A stretch of DNA of 64,000 bases from Dimorphilus gyrociliatus (Eukaryota; Animalia; Annelida): NCBI GenBank assembly GCA_904063045.1, contig CAJFCJ010000014.1, forward strand, positions 1,671,643-1,735,642, given 5' to 3'. A program made the position numbers and the translations under genes. The first letter of the stretch is position 1, and every line of letters starts with the position of its first letter. The notes under the pieces are model-generated. The model was not told the origin of the DNA. It did not search any database and was given only the letters and a program-made list of their open reading frames with translations. This document shows positions 1-11,400 of the stretch, in pieces.

Positions 1-336
1 ATCGCTTACGTAATTAACATCAAAGCTGAATAAATGGGCCGAACTTTACTTTAAACATACATACGTTGTTATTTTGTTAACTTTGTGTCTTAAACATTGT
101 ACTATACAGGAAAATGTATATTTACTTTACATTATACCTGTAGTATTAATAATAATTTAGATAAGCGACAATTAACGACAGTAGATAGCAATTCGCTTTA
201 GTAAGATATTTAGATCATGTGGCCTTATTCTCCCAGAGTTTTTCATACCATTATGAAACATTATTCGATCGATTACAATTTAAATTGATCGAATTTCCTA
301 AAATACAATATTTTCATTAATGATATATTTTCGCAG

Positions 337-465
337 GGCTTGTCCGTTATGACTGATACCATACCGAAGAAAAGTAGAAAAGAGAGGATGGAAGCAGAAA
401 TGGCACAGTTAGAGAAAGATATTGAACTAATGGAAAAACATCCAGTAATCTTTATTGCTAATTAA
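337..465 (+). CDS. ENKUR: Enkurin, terminal coding exon (gene starts upstream of the window)
   Basis: Acceptor ttttcgcag|337. Translation GLSVMTDTIPKKSRKERMEAEMAQLEKDIELMEKHPVIFIAN* matches the enkurin C-terminus as recalled (GLSVFIDSIPKKIRKQRLEEEMKQLEHDIGIIEKHKIIYIAN). Confidence 0.85.
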   Translation, partial: GLSVMTDTIPKKSRKERMEAEMAQLEKDIELMEKHPVIFIAN

Positions 466-1610
466 ATTATATCTAATTATAATAATTAATTATTTGGATT
501 TCTTTATTTATTTTACTTTATCTGACAAATACAGTATATAAATAGAAAAGTATATTTTACGAAATCCTTCTTTATTTGACCAATTAAAAAGCTTTAGAAG
601 AAAGTTACGTACTGGAATGATATTTACACGTCTCATTCTTATATAAGGAATTTTTTAAACCTTTGACTTTATCATATTAGTAATAGTTTAAATATATATA
701 TCAAAGGTTAACGAAAGGTAAATTTTCCTACCATGTGAAATTTAGTATTACCCTTTAGAACTTTTTGCTGTCTACTTTGCAATGAAAGTTTTAGATTTAT
801 GTCAAACTAAGCCTATAAACATTCGGCTAGCGAAACCAAAAATCTGAGGCCAAGTTATATAAATATTAGAACCAACGCTCTTACGAATTGCGCTCTTCAA
901 TTTGTTAGAGTTACTATGAATCACTGAGTTAATTGTATACTATCCGCGAAAATATCACCTAAAATGAAACAGAAATGAGAGATAGATAGGGAGAGACTAA
1001 CAGACAGGCAAAAAAAAGTCATGTTGACCGTTACCCTTTCTCTCGCTATCTATTTGTCTATCTATCTATCTATCTCTCTTCCTACTGTTCCATCATTTTT
1101 ATATTTTTACTGTATTCTATAAGAGAACAAGTCACAATTAATATACTTAGAGGGTGTCAGCCAATAATTCAATAGCAGCATCATTAGCATTCCTAAATAA
1201 GCGACTGATTAATAAATCTAAAGTTATAATTGATAAAATGTTAAATAAACATTCTTCGAATCGCAAATATACAGTCAATTGTATACTATATAATCACTAT
1301 ATATATACAGTATATATATATATATAGCCTCAAAATTTATGCAAAACATTCGTATTGTATTGAAAACTATGGACAGAAAGTTAAAGTTAGATTCTAGTTA
1401 AAAATGTTTGCTTCCTGATTTTTCGTTTTTTTTTGATAGCTCTACAATATAAAACTAAATGAAATATTAATACTTAAAAGGCGAGAACAAATTACCTAAT
1501 ACTAAATACTAACTGTAACAAAACTATGACAAATTCATAGCAGATGCGCGAAAACAAAAGGAAATATTTTGAATGATTAAAGAGTGTTTTTTTTTTTTAC
1601 TACTAAAAGA

Positions 1611-1760
1611 TTAATCTTTCGTACCTAAAATTCGTTTGTAGAGTGACTGAAATAGAAATTGGACACGTTTGCCACCTCCTTTCGGTTTTGAGGATTCTGA
1701 AGCGGTTTCTGACTGTTTATCAATCGACAATAAACTTTGACAAACCGCTCCAGCTAATTG
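1611..1760 (-). CDS. Candidate stop-codon readthrough extension of the innexin (49 codons after the UAG)
   Basis: After TAG (1763-1761) the frame stays open: QLAGAVCQSLLSIDKQSETASESSKPKGGGKRVQFLFQSLYKRILGTKD, then TAA at 1613-1611. Context is TAG CAA TTA. GC is 39% here versus about 24% in the next 170 nt (hand count). Confidence 0.7.
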   Translation of the reverse strand, partial: QLAGAVCQSLLSIDKQSETASESSKPKGGGKRVQFLFQSLYKRILGTKD

Positions 1761-1763
1761 CTA
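1697..1763 (-). promoter_or_regulatory. Readthrough signal: UAG-CAA-UUA plus a 3' stem-loop
   Basis: Minus-strand CUGGAGCGGUUU (1753-1742) pairs with AAACCGCUUCAG (1708-1697): 12 bp with one GU. Inner stem GUUUAUUG (1735-1728) pairs with UGAUAAAC (1722-1715). The stem starts 7 nt after the stop. Confidence 0.65.
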
Positions 1764-3255
1764 GCTGGTATCTTCTTGCGGTACTGTCACTTTTCTTTTT
1801 ACGAGGTCTTGATCTGTGCTCGATTCTCCATCGTAATATTCTTTTCTAGCTACATCTTCAGGAATATCAGCAGCGGGATCTTCTCTTAGAGTATCTCCTT
1901 TCAAGCTCAAAGCATCAGCTTCATAGCTTTCAAACCTAAAAATAGAGTTTCTAGTTCTTGTGTACATATCCCATAGACCAGCTATTAATTCGGCAGATAT
2001 CATATCACTTGTGTTTTTGGCGACCATTCGAACTATAAAGCAGCCATCTCTTCTCAAGTAATGATTTGTAAAATGCTTTAAACTTTCTGGGCTGGCTGCT
2101 TTTCCGTGATATTTGTCAATGGCTATCAGGCGCCTGAAGTAAGTTTATCAAAAGCTGAATTAATAAAGCGATTTATTTAATGAACAATGTATTTACCTTT
2201 TTATATACGATTCATGGTCTTTCATGCAGAAGCATTTAATAATCACGTAAAATAGACTTCCTGCCGTTGCAGAACTAAGGAAAACAAACCAAAACCATAT
2301 AACTATGAAGATCTTCTCATTGAATAGATTTATCGGTAAAGTACATTGAACCAAATATGACTGAACATTGCCAACGACTCTTATGTTAAAATCGCACATT
2401 GTAACTCTTGGAAATCTTTCCGATAAATTCCATGGTTCTTTGTTGATTATTTGTTTTAACACCTTAATACCATACATGTTATAGTCTGTTCCAAGGAAGA
2501 CATTCAATAGAAACAGTTGACCAATGGCATTACCTAGATAGACGACTTTAAAAAATAAATATAACACAGTTAAGTAATTTCCATAAAACTTCCAACAGAA
2601 ACTTCGACATGTTGTTGTCATGTGTTTTCTTGAAACCTCTTTTAGAAATCTACTAATATGATTTACCATATATTTCAATGTTTTTTCTCTATTTTCAGGA
2701 TCTCGCTGTCGTTGACAATCAATAGCAGCATCTGTAACAGTTGCCACAGAAATTCCAGAGTGCCTATTAAGAACTCTCCACAAAGGTCTGGGAATATAAA
2801 AAAACATGGCCATTGCGCAAAGTATTAAGGCTACCCATTGATAATATCCTATTCTCTTCACATTTTCATAATTAGCTAAAAAATGAGATAAAGAAAAAAA
2901 GAAGCAAAAATTAGTACAGTGTATTTAAAGTTCTTATCTAATGATTAATAAATTATGAAGATCAGGTTGATAGGAATGTAAACAAACCTGGAATTTCTGT
3001 ATCTTCTTGCACAGGCAAATAGAAGGTATTAGTTGTCCAGCATACCTTATTGGTATAATCTATGTGGCTTGACGTAAAGTGAGCAGGACACCAACAACTA
3101 ATCGGTTCTCCGACATAATGATTCGTAGTGATGATAATAGAAAAGATTACTAATAGAAATGTGGTGTACCTATTACTCAACCTATCCGTAAAGCTGTCGC
3201 CCCCACCAATTCGAGCGTCACTTAAATCGGCAAAAACTGAAAGTAGTCTATCCAT
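1761..3255 (-). CDS. Innexin (gap-junction protein), 3 exons, 439 aa
   Basis: complement(join(1761..2133,2197..2875,2988..3255)) = 1320 nt, GT-AG introns of 112 and 63 nt. Family motifs: DSFTDRLSNRYT, PISCWCP, CW, YYQWV, FPRVTMCDF, QCTLPINLFNEKIF, YLRRDG. Confidence 0.97.
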
Positions 3256-4020
3256 TCAGTCCTAATCAACATCCATGCACAAAAACACAGGCCTTAATTG
3301 GTTACATACAAACAAGTATTATCAGCGTAATTTTTCGTAAAGATATAATAATTTAAGGCTAGTATTCCTGAGCTAGCAAAGAGTCCCTGCATAAAACGAT
3401 ATTATAACTTCCACAATCGATATTTTTGCACACTATTATCAGATAAGGCACGATCATTGAAAAGTAAAGGCCAAACGTTACTTATTTAAGTCAGAAAAAG
3501 CGTTTAAACGTAAAAATGTTAATGTTGGAATTCCAAGACTGATCGATAATAGAAGGAAAAACAGATGGCGTTACTGTTTCACCTCTCCCCACTTATATTT
3601 GCTCAATGCATTCAACAAGAATTATGTGTATAGGCCGTATAAGTTTTTATACGATATGAATGAAAACATTTGTAATTTATTTATATTTATTTGAAATAAG
3701 TAGATTATTCAAATGAATAAATTAGAATATTTAATAGTAATTATTATATTAATTAAAAGAATATACATACTATACATATTAATGTATAGTAAGTATATTG
3801 AAGTGTTTATTACTTATTAACGCATATTGTAGTGATAACAGAACAAATAATCTAATTTGTTAAATATTTCAACAAGCTGTCCTTTATTTTTAATTATGTA
3901 ATCTCAAAAAAAAGATGAAAAGATTTGTTTCAGATAACAGCTGTAATTATTACGTCATAGTTAATTAAGATTTAAATAAATCAGATTTTTGTTGTTTTTG
4001 TTTATAAAATAATTTTAAAG

Positions 4021-4072
4021 TAATAATAACAGCAGCAGCAACAACAACAATAATAATAATAATAATAATAAC
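4021..4072. repeat. Compound trinucleotide microsatellite (TAA)n-(CAG)n-(CAA)n-(TAA)n
   Basis: Directly visible. Confidence 0.9.
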
Positions 4073-4943
4073 TATAACGATCGATAGATAATTTACGGCT
4101 AATTAAAGTTGTTTATGATTTTTTCTTAACATAATTTATATAACATTATTAAAATTCAATAAATTGACTGATGAAACAAATAAAGATGGTTTGTATAGGA
4201 CTATATATTGTAAATATAGAATATACTTGAATTTCTCGATTATCCAAACAAGAAAAAAGTAAAGAAAAGAAGAAGAAAAGAGAGAGAAAAAAAGACATCG
4301 TCCTTCACACTTAACTAGCTTTTGTCACTAATAATTTAGTTGCTACTAATTCTATCATATTCCCATTCAATTTATCAATGGTGAAATCAACCTTTGAAAA
4401 GAAGAAGCATCACTTCTGTAGTCTATTCAATCTTGTGTATAACCAAAAATTTCTTTATGAATAAGTCGGCTTATCCTTTATATAATAGGTAAAATATATT
4501 TATATATATGCTATAGAGTAAGTAATATATGATGGCTAAAAATAGATTTAACGCTTTATTGAGTGTATACTATATATATATATATATATATATTTTATAA
4601 GCAAGGGGAATTTTAGTTGTGTTTAGCTCTAATGGAAATAAAACATGTAACAAAAGGAAAGTCTATTGGAAAAAAAAATAGTCCATCCGTAATAATTAGC
4701 TCTGTTAATTTGATAGTAATTACTTGTCTGCAATTATGGCCAATTTTATTTCTTTTAATATGTAAATAATAACGCTTGATAACTGTTTTAAGTGTTTATT
4801 TATGCAAGTTTGTTTTTATTATTAATATTGTATGTGTACTATATAGTTTTCATTAGAGAATTATCGTTATATCAAGAAAAAGAGGCATAAAAAATATGTT
4901 TATTCTGGAAAAAGAGCATTTAAATTACTTTTTTATTGTCATT

Positions 4944-7900
4944 TTATATAGGCGTCTCTTTAACGCTTCCTTTTAAACTATCCCTAGATCGGTAAGCTGC
5001 CATAGGCGTAAGGTGAGCGCTAAACGTACTAATGTGATCGTAGGTAACACGATCGTATTCCGATGTTTGATCGCTAGATAAAATCGGTAAATGATTATGA
5101 CTACATAGAACATGATTGAATTCGCTTTCTCCTAAGTTTGACTCTTCTTCAACCTCATCAGCCGGAAGTCTTTCAGGTTCTGTTATAACATGAAAAGATA
5201 AAAACGATTGTACTTTAAACATACAAGTGCAAAGAGAAGATTAAAATAGTTACTAATTAAAATATTGAGACAAAACAAGAAACCTACAAAATTGTCAACT
5301 CAAATTATCGCTAGAGGGAAACACTGGTTGCTTTTAGTGTAAAATAAAGATAGATAAATAATTAAAGGGTGTGAAGGAAAGGGCGAGTGAGGGAGGGGGA
5401 AAAGACAGGGAGACAGAGAGCTTGAGCGAAAAAGAGAAAGTAGGGAAGAATACAGAAATAGAGAATGGGAGCAAGATATACAGAATGATAGAGAAAGGAT
5501 AAGTGTTGGGAGTGTACATATAAGTTTTAACAAACCTTTCCTGTTGCCGCTATAGGGTTCGGGGTTGGAAGAGACGGAAATAAATCAACTATATTTAGAC
5601 TGTCTAAGAATAGAAATAAAAGAGGCTTCATATATTCTATTAATAACTTACTTTCTACAATCAGAACTCTTTGGTCCAAAGTATTTAACATCTCCTAAAA
5701 TAAAAGGATAAAACGTAGACAATAAATTGTCAATAATTAGTGGGCTATCGTCTTAAATAATAGGACAGAGAAGACGAGAAGTTTGGCCCAAGTAGTAAAA
5801 AAGAAACGGCGTACCATATTTCAAAGCATCATCCTTTTGCTTCCTGCTTTTACCAAATACTTTGACGCTACATAAAGCTAACAAAACGGCAACTGCCAAG
5901 AAGGCCAGACCGCCAACAATTCCTCCAATAGCTGCTTTAGAAATTTTTACTCCTTCATTCAATGGATCTATCAATAGGACAGATGTGAACATCTTCAAAT
6001 AAAATAGGGACAGAATTTGCTTACCTCCTGTGTCGTAGAGGATTTCCTCTATTGTATTCGAAGGAGTGTTATTATGATAGCTAAATACCAAAACGTAAAT
6101 CTTATTAGTAATTACTGCCACAGATTATTTCCTTATTTAAGAAAAGAGCTTTTATAAACCCATAGAGAAGAATTAAATACTTAAGGCATTTATCGACTCT
6201 GACTTAAAAGGGATGAGTGAATGAGTCCATAATAAAAAATCTCTTTTAGCTAATTCTTAGAAAATGAATATAATTAGCAAAGAGCACAACCTCTTTTATT
6301 CATATATATATATTTATATATGTTTTAACTTTTATTTGTTTATTATTCTATTTTCTAATAGAGACTAGGGATAGTGAGCTTGAAAACGACGAAGAAAGGG
6401 AAAGCGGAGGGAATGGGAGAGGGAAAGAAGGAAAGAAATGAAAGAAAGAGGGAGAGGGGATACTATACAAGAAAATAATTTCTTTCTCTGTTTATTTAAG
6501 ACGTTGACTTATTTTTAACGTAAAGGAAGATGCCTTCTCATTGAATTAGGGACTCTTTGCTATTGATCAGAGCCTAGAAAGCTTTAGCATTCTCAACCGC
6601 TAATCTAACCTTTTAAATATACATAACTTCGTATCAAGAGGCATGCAAATTTTAGTCTCTAACCCTAAAAAGAAGCGGTAGGAATCAGAGCATATTTGGA
6701 CAACGTCTTACAAACCTTTTTACTTTAAAGCGATATTGAGCACCACGAGAGAAACCAAACCATTTGTAAAAAGTTTTATTTCGTATTTTTTCTGATAATG
6801 CAACTAATTTTCCAACAGTTCTATATATAAGAGATTTTACATAAAATAACTATATATCTGTGTATTAATTATCTTCTCTTTAATAGTTACATTAATAAGT
6901 ATTTACCTATAATGAACTTTGTAATAATGGACGGCAATAGTTTGGTTTTTTGGAGGTAGCCACCTAATTATTAAATAGTTCTTCTCAGGGCGTACTGTAA
7001 CATTCCTGGGTGGAAATGGAGGCGTTGCTGAAAAAGGAAAAAACCAATAACGTTCATGATTAATTTTAGAATATTTGTATTAATAATAGGAAAAAGAAAG
7101 AATGATTTATTTTGTCTTTTCATCTTATTTTCTTTCATTTGTTAGTTTTTTTTTCTTTTCGAGGTTACGCTTTTCTTTAACTATTCTCTTTGACTTTATC
7201 TATTGCTTATTTCTCTTACACTTTATTTGAACTATCCCATTTTGAACCCTCTCTTGTTTCCCTCAAAAGATCTTTTGCTATTACCTGCAGGTATCTTTAG
7301 GGTGCGTTCCGGTAGCAGTTGATTCTGTGGGACGTTAGTTATCAGTTTACCGGAGCCTGCAAATGTTTTTATGCCATAAATTATATTTGTATTGATTATC
7401 CGTAAAGGCCTATACAACCGTTTGTTTTTACTCTAAACTTGCGGCTGAACAAACCGTTACCCAAACTATTTCTGCACAAAAAAAAAGTAAAGTATACTGA
7501 AAGTGTTAATGGAATAACATGAATTGTTAGCCTATGTTTTTATTGCAGTAAAAGAACTCTCTTTCACAGGATAGGTGAGGGGAAAAAAAATCCAATACCT
7601 CGAAAGTATTACGAATTCATATTCCGTATCCGGTTGAAGGCTTTGAATAGCGACGCTAGTTTGTTCCTTCGGTACAAAAACAGTAGTCCAATTACTTCTT
7701 CCTATAACTCTATACCTTTTTAAAAGAACAAATAAACATTCAAAAATTGTTTACAATATTGCTTTTTAGTTTTATGAATATTCATTAGGTAAGATATGGA
7801 AGGGTGACAAATTAAAATAAAAAATACCTTTTTTTCCTCCCTTTTTCCCTTCCCTACCTATTTTTTATTTCTCTTTACAGCGATAAGTATTAAAAAGTCT

Positions 7901-8391
7901 ACCAATTTAGCCTATAACTACTGTACTTTGACATGACATGTAATTTTATCCCTATAGCCATCGTTTGGCGATTGTTTTATATTTCTGTTTTATTCGAAAA
8001 AAGAGGAAGAAAAAAAGAAATTTTAAAAGCTATATAACACTTTAATACAGTAGACGCCATTTTAACTTTTTGAATTAAGCTACTTTATAATCCTTAAATA
8101 AACTGAAAGATTCTTTAAGTGACATTTTGCTTTTAAAAATTTTAGTAATCAATAGAGTTTAATTACCATACAAAATAGTCTTGTAATTCTGAATAATCGC
8201 TATCAAAAGCTGGCAGCCAGTTGATATATAGTGAGGTCTCAGCAGTTTCAAAAGTTACGTTGAGAACTTTATGAGATGGAACGGCTGTAAATAAAGTTTG
8301 AATATTTATCAATCTAAAAAATGAACATTGCCTATATTAAAAGTTGATTTATGAGGATAAATGGATTTTTTAGACAGAAAAGGGAGAAAGA

Positions 8392-8453
<62 letters not shown>

Positions 8454-11400
8454 GTGAGAGAATGAGGGAATGAGAGAAGGGGGATATAGTTTATGGAAGG
8501 TCGAAAGGTTGAAGTAGACATTTAATGGTTAATAGGATGGACTTAATTGAATAGTATAGGAATAAAAGAGAAAGAAAGTTACCCTCGATTATGAGTAGAG
8601 TTGAAGTGACTATAGTAGCAACCGAATTCTTTGCTATACATTCAAAATAACCTTTATCTTCCCTTTTCAAATCGGCAATCACTAGACGTCCCCCTTCAAT
8701 CAGTGGCCCTTTCATATCGATTTCACCATTCACCTTTCACAAGACGTTTACTTAAGACTTTTTAATTACATTTTCTCTGCCGAATTATATACAAACCTTT
8801 CTCCATTCCAAAGTTGGGGTAGGATTACCATTAGCTTCACAAACAATACTGATTGTTTTACCGACCATTTCCTGATAGTAACGCCTAGGCCTAGTTGTGA
8901 AATATGGAGGATCTGCGGTAAATGATTTTTTTTCTATAAATAACGTAAGCCAGTGAAATATAGCGAACTAATTTTTCATGTCTGAGCGTAACGTTAAATC
9001 CGAGATCAAAGTAGCCTTTCTATAGTGATGTAAAGCTTCTATTCATACTAGTTTTCTACTAGCGTCAACTATTTCGTGCTAAGTGTCAAAGATCTCTTTT
9101 GGGCTTAAAGATTACCTCTCACGTGAACTTGAAAGAATTCTGGTACTTCTCGTTTTGCCTCGCAAGCATAAGTTCCCTCATCGTTGTCCATCACTACTCT
9201 GCGAAGGTTCAAATAAAAAAAAGAGAACATATATTTAATTGTATTGTCCGTAAAACAAAAGGAAGTGCCCATATTTTTCTTATTTACTGTAGACGCTATT
9301 AATATTAATGCGGTTAGTTTTTTTGGGATTTAAAAGCGGTCAAGAAACTTCTTTATAGGTTTAAAAAGTCCTTTTTCAAGACGAAGGAATTGTAAGAATT
9401 CAGTTTTCTTCTATCTTTCTCTTTCTGCTTTCAACTTAATGGTCATGGAAAAAGATAAATTAAATCATTTATCCCTGAATTGGCTACATATCTTTCTTTT
9501 CCCTTGTACTAATTCTTCAAAATTAGTTGTCTTCTATCATTAAAAGAAAAAAGGTGCCTTTTATTAATGCTCTCTTTCTTTTCCTTTTACATAAGTACAA
9601 AGACGCGTAATATATGGGAGGTAGTTAATAGGCGAGAAAATAGAAAAGACGTTTATCCGTTCTACCTTTTTTTAATATAAAGAAAACAAGTGACGCAGCG
9701 GAATTTAACGCTGGTTTTTTTAAAGGATGAACTAGGATGTACGAGCTTTGATACTGTGGTGAGTATTAATCATTTTTTGTTATCCTAAGCGTATTTACTT
9801 TAGGGCTTGAGATTTTTTACATCACTAACAGTGTGACTAAGAAGGAAATCTGGGTTCCAATAATTAACTTTATGGCACTTGATAAGAGGAAGAGAAAAAA
9901 TGGAAAGAGTAAGAAAAAGCAACAGAGCGGTCAGATCAAAGTTGATTCTCCTACTTTCCATCAAATTTAAACTTGCTACTGGAAGAGGCATTGAAATGGA
10001 AACAATAACGGGTAAAGAGGACCTATTCAAGATTCTTACTTGAAAGCCAAGCAGGTTGAGTTTAACTGATATATTCGATCGTTTCCAAGATGAAGCCTTT
10101 GTCCGTTCTTTTTCCAAAGAATGACAGAAACGGAGCAGCAAATGATTCCTGGGAGATTGCGAGGTAATAAAATCGTCAAATCCTTCATTAAGACATTTTC
10201 TGTATACGAAAAAGATTAATTTGTTTTAATTTAAGTTTATTAAGGTTAACTTGAAATATACAGCAGACTATATATTGATAAACTGTATATACTGTATATT
10301 CATATTCCCTATATATTTAGATATAGCATCAATATGTTGTATATTTATAATAAAATAAAAAAAGAGAACAGTATCAACGAACAAAGTCAACGACGGTTTG
10401 TCGCTCCCGGCAAACAAAGTACTGTAAACAGAATGTATAGATGAGACTAACTGTGATCAGCTTTAATCATTTTCCTCCCCAGAGCAGTTTTTACGCGTTA
10501 CTCTTATAGGAATTTACATAATTTTCTACTGAGACATTTAAGGGGGTTTGCATACGTATGAGGGGAAAAAGGCTAAGTAGTTGAACTGTTAGAAAATAGA
10601 CTTACAAATAAACAACTAGGAGAAACGTATCCGGAAATGAAAGAGAAACGAAAAGGAGAATTGTAAGATTAAGATTAGAAGAATAGTAGTATGATGGAAA
10701 AGAAAGACAGAAGAAGAAAGGATATAGTATTATTGGAATGTTAAAGCAATCTTGGAGTAAATTTTGGCAAACTTTCACTTCGTTAACAATCTTCCGATTT
10801 ATATTCGGTTATAGAAAAAAGGGGCGAGAGAAAGAGTAGGGTTAGAGAGAAAAGCTAGATTAGGCAAATGCATAGAACTTCCGCAATAATTTCCAACGTG
10901 ATATGACTACTAGAAACATTTCTAGAGATGCGTTGAATATTGTATAACTAATATTTTACTTATCATGCTTCTATATACAATATATATGTAGTACTATTAG
11001 TTAGATTACAAATATAGTCCCTATTGGACTCGAAGAGTGTATGGTACATTGCTTTAGGTTATATACACTGTAAAGTACTTATATATATAGCCCAGTCTTG
11101 GCTATCGATTCATCTAATCAATGATAGTTTGCTGCCTGACAAGGAGCTGTATACAAAACTGACCCAGGAGAAGGTGAAACTTTTCTCTTTTCTAACTAAA
11201 TCGATGTGATTTAGTATACTGTAACGATTGCAGTCTAATGAATTTAACATGGCCGGCTTTTGTAATTTGATAAACAACTATCGCCTCGCTTCACTGGTCG
11301 GTGATGGAAGGTGGAAGTAAACTTGTGCAATTTGACAATCGTTTCTTTTTTCCGGAAAGACGTTATTTTAAAACCAAATACTTTTTATCCATTATTGAAC

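Noticed and set aside
9800-10141. Listed ORF MLLRFCHSLEK..., briefly considered CUB-like
   Set aside because: The real exon (10199-10040) is in another frame that gives an Ig domain and fits the flanking exon phases.
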